NCBI GenBank assembly: GCA_020184695.1
Contig: JAANOX010000278.1
Coordinates: 434,001-498,000, forward strand
Length of the DNA stretch: 64,000 bases
Source: Histomonas meleagridis 2922-C6/04-290x
Lineage: Eukaryota; Protista; Parabasalia
Direction of reading: 5' to 3'
Shown here: piece by piece, positions 10,058 to 21,870 of the stretch
Position numbering within the stretch: the stretch's first letter is position 1
Layout: each line of letters starts with the position of its first letter
The notes under the pieces: generated by a model
What the model was told of the DNA's origin: nothing
What the model saw: only the letters and a program-made list of their open reading frames with translations
Database searches by the model: none
Made by a program: the position numbers and the translations under genes

Positions 10058-10143
10058 AAAATCAGGTATATAATGAGGTCGTGACGATCCAGAGGACCCT
10101 AGGGGCCTCACTCCTCAGGGGGTAGGTCACCAAAGCATGATTT
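10058..10143. other. GC-rich intergenic island able to fold into a multi-branched hairpin; candidate ncRNA
   Basis: Pairings aaatca/tgattt, gtgac/gtcac, gagg/cctc and actcc/ggggt lie within AT-rich intergenic DNA. Confidence 0.3.
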
Positions 10144-10425
10144 GATATATAAACGGTCGGAAATTGTACTTTACCATTTTCTGATCAATCCATCTTAATA
10201 GGGTAATCCAATATAAAAATTCTGAATATTTTTGCGGTAAAAATTAAAAAAATAGCATTCCATTTGAAATGGATATATATATAATTTTTTTAAATAAAAT
10301 GAATATTATTTTTTGTGTGCTTAAGCCTTAAGGAGAATCTATAATTCCTTTTGAGAAACATAAAGAGCATACATAGTATATTTATTCATGGAGATAATAT
10401 TTTTATTATATTTAATAACATAAAT

Positions 10426-11712
10426 TCATTTGTGAATTGAGTGTTTTGAAACAATCTGTGGTTTTGCAACAATTGTTCTCTTGATAATTTTGTTCGGACT
10501 TCCCTGTGCTGTGAGATGCCGCATTGTTCCTGTTGCTGTGGAAAGTCTCTTTGAAGCATTTGTTGCTCGAATTGAAGATTGATTAGATGTTCTGATCGGA
10601 GCCGGGATATTTTTCTTCCTAAGCGAAGCAGTTCTTGTCAGCTTAGGTGTTGGCTTAGGCCTAGCACTAATTTCCACATTACTTTGATCTGATTTACTTT
10701 TCGAGATATGAGGCAAATTTGTTCCATTCTTCAACAAGCGAACTGTCTTTGATATGTTAAATGATGGGAAAGAATTATCTTTTTCTATGAAACTATTTGG
10801 TAACTTGAAGCTATCTTCAGATATTTCTTTTCCAAAATATCGGTCTATCATTCTGAGGCTTATCGAAAAAGTGGGACACATCGGTTGAAACTGTACTGGG
10901 GTGCCCCGAAGCCATTTGTGATTGAATGCCTCCTGTATCGTCATCCGTTTTGTGCAGTCAACCGTCATTAACCCCCGGATGAAGCTTTTGCAATCATCCG
11001 ACAAGAAACTTGGAATGACATATTCGCCTCGTTTGATTTGTGCAAAAAGTTCGGCTTGTTTTCGCTTTGTCCATGGGAGTTGACCTGTAAGCATAGCATA
11101 CAAAATGACACCAACACTCCAAACATCTGTGGTAACTCCGTTATAAGGTTTCCCAGAAATACACTCTGGTGATGCATAACAAGGAGATCCACACGGTGTG
11201 TCAACAAGCCCATTCGGTGGGATAAAACGTGAAAGTCCAAAATCTGAGAATTTCACTTGGCCTGAATTACTTAAGAGGAGATTTTCTGGTTTAATGTCTC
11301 TATGAGAAACAGACATGTTATGAATGTATTCGAGTGTTTCGAGAATTTGTCGAACAAATGGTTTTGCTTCTTCTTCTTTTAGGTGATTATGGTCAACTAT
11401 GTATTGAAATAACTCTCCGTTTGGACAAAACTCCATAATTAAATAAAAATTGTTTTGATCTTGAAGAAGTTCATATAGTTGAACGATTCCTGGATGATGC
11501 ATTTGCTGGTTAATTCTAATTTCTGTTTCAAATCTTTCATGAAGGGATTCACTATTTAAGCGTGATTTTGGGACAATTTTACATGCGTAGTATTGATGTG
11601 TTTCTTCATGATGAACAAGCTTAACAACAGAAAAAGCGCCATCACCAACAGTACCCTTTAGAGAATAAGGTCCGATTTTTCTTGGTTCAACTACTTTCAA
11701 GGCACCATTCAT
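10426..11712 (-). CDS. CAMK-group (SNF1/AMPK-like) Ser/Thr kinase
   Basis: GDGAFSVV, YACK, HRDIKPENLL, DFGLS, TPCGSPCYASPE and DVWSVG; catalytic motifs intact. Confidence 0.92.
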   Translation of the reverse strand: MNGALKVVEPRKIGPYSLKGTVGDGAFSVVKLVHHEETHQYYACKIVPKSRLNSESLHERFETEIRINQQMHHPGIVQLYELLQDQNNFYLIMEFCPNGELFQYIVDHNHLKEEEAKPFVRQILETLEYIHNMSVSHRDIKPENLLLSNSGQVKFSDFGLSRFIPPNGLVDTPCGSPCYASPECISGKPYNGVTTDVWSVGVILYAMLTGQLPWTKRKQAELFAQIKRGEYVIPSFLSDDCKSFIRGLMTVDCTKRMTIQEAFNHKWLRGTPVQFQPMCPTFSISLRMIDRYFGKEISEDSFKLPNSFIEKDNSFPSFNISKTVRLLKNGTNLPHISKSKSDQSNVEISARPKPTPKLTRTASLRKKNIPAPIRTSNQSSIRATNASKRLSTATGTMRHLTAQGSPNKIIKRTIVAKPQIVSKHSIHK

Positions 11713-12210
11713 TTGTTATTGTAAACCACAGAAAGCATGTCCAAAAAGTGCCTCGCCGATAGCGTTGTAAAAAAGAAAGAACGAAAATATTTTTGGAATT
11801 GCAACGAAATTTTATATATTTTATGAATATTTAAACCCAAAAATCAAAATAACAGTTTCTAAAACCAAAGATATTAACTCATTTCCAATAGAATCATCAA
11901 AACTTATAACATGGTACTGAATGCCGATCAAAATCCATTTAATTCGTTTTTTTTTACATTTTGATACACCATTAAATGTTTTAAGTTTTAACAAATGAAT
12001 AATCAAAAAATATTTCATTTTACACCACATCTAAATCGGCAAATCTAAAACTCAAAGATGACATCAAAATTTTCATTTTTATAAAGTGAAAACTTTTCAT
12101 TGAAAAAAATCATGGCCCTGTTCAAAAGTCCTATTGAAAAAGTCGCATTTTCACAACCAATTTTTGGCTATTTAAACGTATTTCATGTATAAAATTTTCC
12201 ACTTCAAATT

Positions 12211-13584
12211 TCAATAACTTTCTTCATCGATTTCGTCACAAACTTTGAATATCTTTTGACTTAAGTTCATTGCTTCGTAACGTACTTCTTCAACATCAGA
12301 GTTCTTTAGTAGATCCAAAGCATCGTTCAATTTTTCAACTAATTCAGCTGAGTAAATTTTAGAAATTATTTTGCCATTCATTCCAACGCATAACAAATAT
12401 TTGAAACATTTGACAATTTGTAAATTCATTTGTTCATCACATGAATTAATTAAATCGAAACATGTGTCAATGAATTCAACAGATATTATCTCTTCTATTT
12501 GTTCAGTGTCGAATTGTTCTAATGCAATTAACAATGGTTCGATTGCGAGTTTCTTTAGTTTGAAGTACGTGTCGCATGTAATGATGTTGAGAAGACAATG
12601 GAATACATTTGCGGTATACATTGGTATTATTAACATCCAATTGGAGTTAATGATGAGTTTAGTATAAAGACAAAATAATTCTTTGATTTCGTGCGATTCG
12701 GATTGTGATAGTATTGACCATTGTTCAAAGTTTATAGGTATGGAACACTTAATTTCATTATCGCATTTGGTTAAGATTATGGTAATGAATTTCATGACTT
12801 CAATTGTGACTTCTGGATTTGGATTTAATAGGTTTTCAAGGATGAAATAGATTTGTTGTGTTCGAATTAAATGATGAATTGTATATGGCTGGATTTCAAG
12901 ACATTTACAATATCCTTGTAACGAATAAATGTTTATCTCATTGTTAATCGATAAATAGCTGTGAAAAAATTCACTGATTCTGTCAATTAATGGGAAGATA
13001 ATGGAATTGTCAACATAAAGAAGAACTTTTAAATAACACATAAAGGATGAAATGGTATCACTATCTTCATGAAATGAAACAAGTCCTCCAACTTCTTCAT
13101 ATAGCTGATTGGTAAGTGAATGTACACGTAAATCAATTGACGCATAATTTAGATTAACAATGAGATTAAGACATGAAAGAAAAAGTTGCGCCGGTATTTC
13201 TTCATGCATGCGGCTAAGAATTTGTTGATAAAAATCATCTGTGGCATTTGAAAGCATGTAAATAGTTTGATGTTTAAAATAAAATAACCATGCAACTAAA
13301 TCAAGTACTTCTGATGAATCAGTGTGCTGATCAATTAGGTTTTTAAGGAATGAAAACAAATCATTTTTTTCAATAACTTGGAAAAATTCATTAAGAAATA
13401 TTTTTGAAATTTCATTATGGTAGTTTTCGAAAAAGCTAAGCAGTCCTTCTAATTGTGATTGATTTGTTTCTTGGTATAATTGTTTAATAATCTCATCGAA
13501 AAAAAGACGAAAATGAACAGAGTCCATGTTTGGGTCATAATTTCCTTTTAACATTAAAGACATTTTGTGTTTTTTGCTGGGCAT
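12211..13584 (-). CDS. ARM/HEAT-like helical repeat protein (importin-alpha-like fold)
   Basis: Long ORF of amphipathic helical repeats. The start is placed at MPSKK because an AAAGGCGC element precedes it; the ORF track starts at 13611. Confidence 0.55.
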   Translation of the reverse strand: MPSKKHKMSLMLKGNYDPNMDSVHFRLFFDEIIKQLYQETNQSQLEGLLSFFENYHNEISKIFLNEFFQVIEKNDLFSFLKNLIDQHTDSSEVLDLVAWLFYFKHQTIYMLSNATDDFYQQILSRMHEEIPAQLFLSCLNLIVNLNYASIDLRVHSLTNQLYEEVGGLVSFHEDSDTISSFMCYLKVLLYVDNSIIFPLIDRISEFFHSYLSINNEINIYSLQGYCKCLEIQPYTIHHLIRTQQIYFILENLLNPNPEVTIEVMKFITIILTKCDNEIKCSIPINFEQWSILSQSESHEIKELFCLYTKLIINSNWMLIIPMYTANVFHCLLNIITCDTYFKLKKLAIEPLLIALEQFDTEQIEEIISVEFIDTCFDLINSCDEQMNLQIVKCFKYLLCVGMNGKIISKIYSAELVEKLNDALDLLKNSDVEEVRYEAMNLSQKIFKVCDEIDEESY

Positions 13585-14018
13585 TGCGCCTTTTAATTTG
13601 TACGAAATCATTTATCACGAGTGAACTTCATCAAGAAAAAAGTGGCAAGAATTTGGAAATAATTAAATCATTGCTTATGACGTGGTTTGAGCTGTATAAT
13701 ATCTGTAACCAAGAAAACGTGGTGAGGCTATGTAATAATAATTGAAAAATCTATTTTTCAAAAGATATTAATTTAAAGATCTTATTGATAAAAAAGTGAA
13801 AGAGAGTTCAATTTTTCGATCTTAAAGCATTAAAAATGATGATTTTGTATTAAAATGTATACGTTTTTATGATCCATTAAGATCTAAAAGTATTAAAACC
13901 TAATTTCTGTAATTCTTTGATGTTTCATGCAAACAATTTTGCTTAAATTCTTTCATATTGTAGTTAGAATTATGTTTTGGACTTTACATATAGAAATTTT
14001 TATGAAAAGAAATAATAT

Positions 14019-14375
14019 TTAATCTACAGCTTCCCATTTTTCACCGCAAATAGGGCAATTTGGATTGCTTGCTATCCATTTTCTAATACAATGCATGTGA
14101 TATGAATGTCCACAAGCACCTATCTCTGGTGGGCATGGCTCGAGTACATCATCTGCTTCACACTGTGCACATGGCCCAGCTATAAGAGATCTGCAAATTG
14201 AACATAAATCATTATCATTTTTATTGCGTGATAAATATACTGGATTAAATCTTAACATTGTATATCGAGGTTCTTTAACTTCAGTCTTTTTTGGTGGTGG
14301 TTTTCCTGTTGCTGGTGACCTTATCCTTGTAGGCCTTGGTGCTGGGCGGGGTGCTGAATTAGTGTTTTCAGACAT
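14019..14375 (-). CDS. RING-H2 box protein (Rbx1/Apc11 family)
   Basis: CSICR...CAQC...C...GACGHSYHMHCIRKW...CPIC...W has the cullin RING-box ligand spacing. Confidence 0.85.
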   Translation of the reverse strand: MSENTNSAPRPAPRPTRIRSPATGKPPPKKTEVKEPRYTMLRFNPVYLSRNKNDNDLCSICRSLIAGPCAQCEADDVLEPCPPEIGACGHSYHMHCIRKWIASNPNCPICGEKWEAVD

Positions 14376-14869
14376 ATTATTTCATATCACATATCGTGAA
14401 AAGTGCCATTAATTGGATTTGTTCTTTGCACAAAGAAATATTAAATCTATTTTAAATACTTAAGTCCAAAGGGTCTCTTAAGGATTTAATTTCAAATTAA
14501 AAGTCATGGTGTATTAAAGTTTGCTTCAAACATTTGTTTTTTTGAATACAGATGATTTCAATTGGAAATTTAATATATATGATGGTTGTCTTAATTGGCT
14601 TTATTTTTTCTCATGGAACTACTAATAAAGTCAATGATGTTAATCAGCAATCTTGCATTATATTGAATGATATTTAAAAACATTTAAATGGGTTTAAATA
14701 ATTTTTTAATTTTTGATCATACTCAGATTGTTCATCATCTGTTTGTAGTTTTAGGCATAACCTCACGAAAAAAAAAATTAACATAGAACACTTTTTTTGT
14801 GTTTTATGGAAAGAAATACTTTCAAAAACCATTCCGATAGTAAAATTAAAATAATTATTTATTCAACTT

Positions 14870-15250
14870 ATGAGCAACACAAAAGATATAGAAAATAAGA
14901 ATGTCACAGCTCCTTCTCATGCGCCTGTAAAAGAAGAATCCAAATCGAAAAAGGTAAAGAAAGAACATAAAGAATCCAAAAAATCCAAAAAGAAAAGCGA
15001 AACGAATAAAGAGGCAAAAAAGGAAACGAAAAAAGAATCAAAAAAAGAATCAAAAAAAGCGCTTAAAGAATTAAAGAAAGACAAAAAGAAAAAGAAAGCG
15101 CATAAAGAAGCAAAAAAAGGCAAAAAGAACAGAAATTATGAGAGAATTCCAATTTGGATACACGATACAATTGAAGATACAGATGACCCGTTTTCAGATG
15201 ATTTTGGAGATGACATTCAAACTCCTATCGGAACACTTCAAAGCTCTTAA
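14870..15250 (+). CDS. Small lysine-rich low-complexity protein with acidic tail
   Basis: ATG-started ORF; KKESKK repeats; C-terminal DDPFSDDFGDD. Confidence 0.55.
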   Translation: MSNTKDIENKNVTAPSHAPVKEESKSKKVKKEHKESKKSKKKSETNKEAKKETKKESKKESKKALKELKKDKKKKKAHKEAKKGKKNRNYERIPIWIHDTIEDTDDPFSDDFGDDIQTPIGTLQSS

Positions 15251-15479
15251 TTAAACAATTTTTTAATATTTTTGTAAAGTAATTTTATAAATCTTATAAA
15301 GGAAAGTAAAAAAATCATTTAATTTTGATAATAAATTATGTCAGTACAAGCATAAAATCTACTGGTTCATTCATCGATGAATGCATTCATTATTATTTTT
15401 AAAAGTGAAATTTAATATAACTAAAAAAATCTCACTTATGCCTTTTATTATTTCGCTAAACATATCTTATTGGTAAATA

Positions 15480-16060
15480 TTATTATTATAAATCTATGTA
15501 ATTTATTTTTTATTAAATAATATTTGTTTTGATGTTAATGTATTATACTAATTGGTCTTAATTTCAATAATTTCTAAATATTATCTCAATATAAAAAATT
15601 ATTTAAATAATGATATCAAATTAATAGGATCGATATTAAATATTTTCATAATTTACATAAATTCCTGTAAGTAATTTAACGATTTCTAGATGGCCTTTAT
15701 GATCCAAGCAATGATAATATTTTCATTTATTTACGTAAATCCCTTTTTCAATCAAAAACGAAAGAATATCAAAATTACAATCCAAAATACATTTTTCTCC
15801 TAATTCTTTCAAATTACTAATTTCATTAATTTCATTCTCAAATAAATATTTAAAAATATTATTTTTATGGAAGATAATTGCAGCCTCATATACACCATTC
15901 AGAATCAAATTTATAAACATTTAACTGAAGGAAAAAATGCTGCTGTGAATATCAATGAGAATATTATTTATCAAAACAAATTTCTCATTTTTAAATTCAA
16001 TACCTATATCAAATTAACATTTAAATACTTCATATAATTTCACCATAAATATTAAATTTT
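15480..16060 (-). pseudogene. Degenerate DUF3447/ankyrin-type gene
   Basis: Fragments SLIFTAAFFPSVKC / FINLILNGV...AAIIFHKNNIFKYL / CILDCNFDILSFLIEKGIYVN / GHLEIVKLL lie in different frames with stops. Confidence 0.55.
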
Positions 16061-16076
16061 ATATTTTTACATTTTT

Positions 16077-19000
16077 TTATTCATTACAATCTTTAGATTT
16101 TGACACAACGTTATAAGACACAAGATCACCACCATTATTACCTATTGAAATCATTGGTAATACCGGATGAAACTTAAACACCGAATCACATCCGATACTT
16201 TTAGATTGGAAGAACATTTGCCCCTTCAACCCCATTATCGCCAAGTTTTCCTTCTTTCTCGCAACAGCGCATAAGGGCACCAATTCATGTATATCGAATC
16301 CGACTATTTGCTGTTTAATTTTGACGTTATTAAATGTGTTATCCTTTGTATTTAACAAAGAACAATTACCAGAAGAAGTAGCGATATAAAGGAATTCTCC
16401 ACCATTACGATTTATACCCAATTTTATTATATTTTCTTTTAAGTTTTTATTCATGAAAATGAAGTTATTTTTCTCAGTTGAAGGTACTCTTATATCAATA
16501 CCTATTAAATCACCAGTGGAATATCCACAAAAGATTTGGTTGTTATTATTTGGATGAAATATTAATGAACTAATGATATCATGATCAGAAGCTATCCAAT
16601 TACCCAAAATCTTTTGCGTTTCTAAATCCCATAAATTAATCGAATTATTACCACGTGCAGTAGCAATTTTAGAACTATCTTTTAATATAGTTAAATATTG
16701 TTCAATTGAATCACATATGAAATTAGAATCGACTCGAAACATTGATGAAAAATATTTGTTTTCTGGTTTCCATATGTTTAAACAACCTTTATTAGTTGTT
16801 GATATTATAAAGTTATCATTATTATAATTAAGGATTTGTAAGTCACTAATTTTCCCATTATTAACTTTAATTTTATTATCGTTACTAAGTTCATTATCTT
16901 CTTTTAAGTATATTATTGTATTATCTTCTAATGATATTACTGTGTCAACATTAGTTTGACTAAATGCAATATGTTTAACATTACTTTCGAATTTATATGT
17001 AAACTTTTGTTGTAATTCAACCGAATTTATTAATATGTTTCCATATTGTTTCGATTGTGTTTTATTAACATTTATGTTATTATTAATTGGTTCAATTCCT
17101 TCGTTTTTAATTGTTCGATGTTGTAATGTTTCGAATAATTCATTATTATTATTCTTAAAGTATTCATTATTAACAATATTATTATTTGAATTAGTTAATA
17201 ATAATCCAAATGTATTTGTACTATTTGACCATTGTAAGTTATTAAATGGTAAAGTTTTCTTTATAATCGAAGGAGGTGATGCATGAAATTGTACATGTTT
17301 TTGTGTATTATTATTATTATTTGTATTAGTATTACTTTGTTGTTGTAATAATATCTTTTGGAAATGTTGTTTTGCATTTTTTGCATATGATGATACATAT
17401 GGATGTGGATCATATATGAAATAATCGAGCATATTAAATGCGTTATTAAATATTAAACTTAATCCGTCTGTTTTTTGTGTGATGAAGTTATCAATTAATT
17501 TAATAAATGTAATGAAATCATTACGTTGATTATAATCATAATGAAATGATAACCAATTATTTAATAAGTCATTAAACGTCGAAAGTTTTTGGATGTTATG
17601 TATTGATACATAAGGTTTATCTTCGTAAATACATAAGAATTTACAGATTAATTTTAATAACTCAAATCGTACTAAATATGAAATGTCAGTAAAGATTGGA
17701 ATAGATACCATTAATATTAATAAATTTAAGTCATCGTCATTAATTTGGATAAAACAACTTAAACAATTTAATGCTATAGATCGTACGAAATGTGAATTAT
17801 GATATATTAAAGAAGCGATTTGAAAGTGTATACTTGTCTCATAAAAAAAACTTTCTTCGATTTCATATGAATTAATTTCAAATGTTTTACATATAAACAT
17901 TAATGTCCATTGAAGTCGAACATTTGATATATTATTTGTCGAAAGAATTTCTCGAATATTATTAAAGAAGATATCGGAATAATTTAATTGTCTTAAATTC
18001 TTATTATATATTATAAAACAAGTAATAATACACGTGATTAAAGTTTTAGTTTTTTCATTTAAATTCTTATCAAAGATATAATTATATATTTTAGTAATAT
18101 CAAAATCTTTTTTAATTTGATACATTATATCTTTGTTATATTCGATAACAGATAAAATGATAATACATAACGAATTATATTCATTTATATCTTTAATCGG
18201 TTCAAATAACTTTTGGAAATATTGGTTAAATGGTATAATCGATGAAACTTTTTTCTGATTCTCTTTCGAACTTAATATGTAATCGGAAATTAATTTAAAC
18301 AAATTATCATTTTCCGTTTGCTTATAAAATGGCATTTGTAATAAGATTAATAACATTGAAGGTTTAATTAACGTTTTGTTCTTGATTAAATTTTCATATA
18401 TATTAACGTCAGTAGGAAAATATGAAAGTTTTCGTGTGGGTAATATAACGAAATTAGATGTTATCCATGTGTCTAATGATGCTTCCCAATTAAACCATAA
18501 CGGATGAATTGACATATTCGGTATTTTTGGATACGATATAGGAGAGATATTATATGATAACAATAAATATTGGGCTAAAATGAAGTTATGGAACAAAACT
18601 GAGATGACTTTATCGGTTCGAAATAATTTGATAAATAAATTGGTCGGTAAATAATCGGCAGAAATCGACTCAAGAATTAACTGTAATGTCAGTTTTAATT
18701 CATTGTTCCCTAATAATGCGGTGTTTAAACAATCTAATGGAAATCGTATCGATGGAAAACTTGTCCGATAATATTTCAAAATATGACATAAAATCGAAGT
18801 TTCTATGGGCGTTAGTAAACAAGAAGTCAAAAAATCACGTGGGAGCCGTGGATCTGCTGGAAGTTTTTCATTGGCATCAGTTGCACATAGGATTATTAAA
18901 TCATCAACAAGATCAACTTTGCTGGTGTCGAGTTCATTGGTCTCTTTTATGATCGATGGAATTAATGTTCCGGCATTATCACAATCAAATATGAAAAATG

Positions 19001-19709
19001 ATGGACTACGAATTTGTGAAACTAATTGACTTATTGGATATGGAACAGTTTGGAATTGTTGGGCATCATAACATGAAATACTATTGTTTGTTGGTAATGG
19101 ATATCCATATCCAACATAATGAAATAAGATTCGTTGAAGTGGAAATTCTTTTCGTTGGGTGGCTAAAGTCTTGAAATTGTCTTTGGTGGGTGAAACCATA
19201 TGGTAAAATCGTAAAGTATGACTAATATCTTGATAATGAGTTTTATAAATGGAATGAAGAATCGTAGGAAATTCGAATTTGGAAGAGGCGTCACTTGGTA
19301 AGGACCAGGCTAAATAAGGTGAAATACATTCAGTAGATGATGAATGAGTGTGTGGATATTGGGATATATGAGCAACATCAATATTAATAGATTCTATCGA
19401 GCTACAGATTGGAGGTATGTAAACATTATTAGAAGTTGAGAATTGCTCTAGATTAAAATCAAAATCTGTGAAAAAAGAAATATATGGAACTTTACTATCA
19501 GCAGAAACTTTAGGATTAATTGTTTGAAGATGTTCTTCTAAAGTTTTTTCATAAGCTGGTTCATCCATTAATGATAAACTTTTAAATGTTTGTGCTTTTT
19601 TCATAGTTCGTGAAAATTGTGAAGTTACAATCTCTGTTTCAAGATCTTCTGATGTTTCACCTGAATAATCATAATCGTAATCGTAAGACGCAAAATTTTC
19701 CAAACTCAT
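16077..19709 (-). CDS. RPTOR: Raptor/KOG1-like protein (RNC domain, ARM/HEAT, WD40)
   Basis: RILFHYVGYGYP, FIFDCDNAG, LPADPRLPRDFLTSCLLTP and HPLWFNWEASLD, with C-terminal WD40 repeats. Confidence 0.9.
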   Translation of the reverse strand: MSLENFASYDYDYDYSGETSEDLETEIVTSQFSRTMKKAQTFKSLSLMDEPAYEKTLEEHLQTINPKVSADSKVPYISFFTDFDFNLEQFSTSNNVYIPPICSSIESINIDVAHISQYPHTHSSSTECISPYLAWSLPSDASSKFEFPTILHSIYKTHYQDISHTLRFYHMVSPTKDNFKTLATQRKEFPLQRILFHYVGYGYPLPTNNSISCYDAQQFQTVPYPISQLVSQIRSPSFFIFDCDNAGTLIPSIIKETNELDTSKVDLVDDLIILCATDANEKLPADPRLPRDFLTSCLLTPIETSILCHILKYYRTSFPSIRFPLDCLNTALLGNNELKLTLQLILESISADYLPTNLFIKLFRTDKVISVLFHNFILAQYLLLSYNISPISYPKIPNMSIHPLWFNWEASLDTWITSNFVILPTRKLSYFPTDVNIYENLIKNKTLIKPSMLLILLQMPFYKQTENDNLFKLISDYILSSKENQKKVSSIIPFNQYFQKLFEPIKDINEYNSLCIIILSVIEYNKDIMYQIKKDFDITKIYNYIFDKNLNEKTKTLITCIITCFIIYNKNLRQLNYSDIFFNNIREILSTNNISNVRLQWTLMFICKTFEINSYEIEESFFYETSIHFQIASLIYHNSHFVRSIALNCLSCFIQINDDDLNLLILMVSIPIFTDISYLVRFELLKLICKFLCIYEDKPYVSIHNIQKLSTFNDLLNNWLSFHYDYNQRNDFITFIKLIDNFITQKTDGLSLIFNNAFNMLDYFIYDPHPYVSSYAKNAKQHFQKILLQQQSNTNTNNNNNTQKHVQFHASPPSIIKKTLPFNNLQWSNSTNTFGLLLTNSNNNIVNNEYFKNNNNELFETLQHRTIKNEGIEPINNNINVNKTQSKQYGNILINSVELQQKFTYKFESNVKHIAFSQTNVDTVISLEDNTIIYLKEDNELSNDNKIKVNNGKISDLQILNYNNDNFIISTTNKGCLNIWKPENKYFSSMFRVDSNFICDSIEQYLTILKDSSKIATARGNNSINLWDLETQKILGNWIASDHDIISSLIFHPNNNNQIFCGYSTGDLIGIDIRVPSTEKNNFIFMNKNLKENIIKLGINRNGGEFLYIATSSGNCSLLNTKDNTFNNVKIKQQIVGFDIHELVPLCAVARKKENLAIMGLKGQMFFQSKSIGCDSVFKFHPVLPMISIGNNGGDLVSYNVVSKSKDCNE

Positions 19710-20075
19710 TTTTTATAAAAAAAACGTTAACTTGACTTAAAAAGGCGCTCTCAAAATATTGACAATGCCCAGTTTTTGAGCACTTTACGTACCATTTTTT
19801 CTGCCTTTTATTTTCATCTGATAGCATTTGGAAAAAAATTCAAAAATAGGTTCATTTTATAATATTTATAGCTAGGCTAAGGTTTAAGAAAGGCACTAAT
19901 TTGGAAAATTAAAAATTTTTGCCTAATTTTAAAAATTAATTAAAAAATAAATAAATAATTAAAAAAATTTCTTGAAATTGTCAATAAAAATTGATTTGAT
20001 GAAAGCAAAAACAAGCTTTTTTTTTTTTTTTAAATGAAAACATTCCAAAACATTAAAACCAAAAACTTTTTAAAT

Positions 20076-20894
20076 TTAATTATTTTGTTCTTCTTCCTTT
20101 TGCTCTTCATTTTGTTGTTCTTCATTATTTTGTGGTGCTGCTAAAGCAGATGCAAATTGTTCGAGTTGAATATTATGAAGAGCATTTGGATCAATTTGAC
20201 CATTTTGTATAAGAGACGCCAGTGCTTCTGATGCCTCTGCTGTGATTTGAATATTTTGATTATTTAAAGCATCAAGATCTTGATTATGTTTAAGTAAAAG
20301 TTCTGTCATTGCTTGATCAACAATTGATGTTCCTTGGAAATCTTCTGGAGGAGTTCCTTTCTTCTTTAAAGTTGAATTCCATCGATTTTTAACGGAATTA
20401 TCTGTTCGACCAGGAAGAAGTTTAGCAATTTCTGCCCACTTCTTTCCAATCTGTTGGATGGATGATATGATAATTCGATCTTCTTCGGCTGTAAAAGGTT
20501 CCTTTTTAATCTCTGGATTCAAATGATTACACCATCTCTCCCTGCATTGTTTAGCAATTCTTCCTGGGAGGAGCTCAGCAAGTGAACACCATTTAGAAGG
20601 ACCATTGGTATTTACCCAATTTATAATAGTTTGATCTTCTGCATAACTCCATGAACCACGAACAATATTTGGATTTGCGACTTTCTTCCAATGAGCAAGA
20701 ACTTGTTTGCCAGTTCTGTTTGGAAAATTTGTTGCAATTTGTGCCCAATCTTCAGATTGTTGAACAAGTTTTGATAAAAGTTCATCTTCTTCTGGTGTCC
20801 ACTTTGATGCTCCTGATCGCATCCTGTTTCTAGTGCGAGTGGGAGCAAGTGCTGGTGGAGCTTCGTTTTGTTGTGTCGGAGCTTCTTCAAGCAT
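20076..20894 (-). CDS. Three-repeat Myb transcription factor
   Basis: [15 protein letters not shown]; [28 protein letters not shown]; [31 protein letters not shown]. Confidence 0.95.
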   Translation of the reverse strand: MLEEAPTQQNEAPPALAPTRTRNRMRSGASKWTPEEDELLSKLVQQSEDWAQIATNFPNRTGKQVLAHWKKVANPNIVRGSWSYAEDQTIINWVNTNGPSKWCSLAELLPGRIAKQCRERWCNHLNPEIKKEPFTAEEDRIIISSIQQIGKKWAEIAKLLPGRTDNSVKNRWNSTLKKKGTPPEDFQGTSIVDQAMTELLLKHNQDLDALNNQNIQITAEASEALASLIQNGQIDPNALHNIQLEQFASALAAPQNNEEQQNEEQKEEEQNN

Positions 20895-20906
20895 TTCTTG
20901 TGAAGC

Positions 20907-20945
20907 AACCGTTAAATTAATTGAAATTTAAGGACCGTTAACCGC
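20907..20945 (-). promoter_or_regulatory. Cluster of M3/Myb-type sites (TAACGGT twice, GCGGTT) just upstream of the Myb gene
   Basis: Plus strand aaccgtta at 20907-20914 and accgttaaccgc at 20934-20945, 13-50 bp upstream of the ATG. Confidence 0.45.
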
Positions 20946-21469
20946 TTTGCTGGTTTTTGGCGCCTTTTTTTGGGGGGTGTCAATAAATCATACAATACGA
21001 TTTCATGTTAATATTAATGGCGATATTGAAGATATTTGATATGTAAAGTTACGTGTTTATTTAACAAAATTCAATCGACTTTTTATTCAAATCATATTCA
21101 ATCAATTAACTCTGAAATTCAATCATAAACTTAACTCTGAAAGTCTTAGTCTATTCAACAAAACTTTAACTCAAAAAAAAAAATATTATATAAATGCAAT
21201 TGTAGATGCAAGATCAAAGGCATTTTTAAACTTAAGTTAATAGAATTTGAGTATGTTATTCTTTTGAAGATTTTTCCCACATTGTGTCTTTATATACATC
21301 TAATTTCACGATATATAAACTCATAATAAAAATTTTCATAAATTTATACCGTGACAACAAATATGTTTACAAGACATTTTTAAGATTAAAAAAAATCGAT
21401 TTCAATTTATTTAACAAAAATATGAAAATTCTAATTCTTTTTAAAGCGTTGAAAAAAAATCGGCCAATT

Positions 21470-21720
21470 TCTATTTAATAACAAAGCTGACTTTCGATCT
21501 GTTATTTTCTTTATATTCTTGAAGAAATTTAACGACTTCTGGTCTACGATGCTCAGATGCTTTCATACGTGCTGTTTGAAATATCTGCTTTCAAAACTTC
21601 CTTTCTATTATGGGTTAGACCGCAAATAACTACTTTTATTGAATTCTTCTGTGCATGAACATATTGTGTTTATATCAATTTATCCATCATAAGCTGCATT
21701 ATAAAGTATTGAAAATTGAG
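21470..21720 (-). pseudogene. Ankyrin-like coding relic
   Basis: Fragments LYNAAYDG*I and FQTARMKASEHRRPEVVKFLQEY in broken frames. Confidence 0.3.
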
Positions 21721-21870
21721 AATGATTTTTGTAGACATGTCAAAATTGACAAGTTTATTAATAACCAGTCTCAATTGACCTCATAGAAAATTTTCAAAAC
21801 AAATGGCGCCGATGCGCTGGTTCAGTATTCAAAAAATTAAATGATAAACCTTTGAAAAAACAATGATTTT

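Noticed and set aside
10071-10100. Resemblance of AATGAGGT...ATCC.GAGG to the U4 snRNA kink-turn
   Set aside because: The C-stem cannot form, and there is no U6-pairing region or Sm site.
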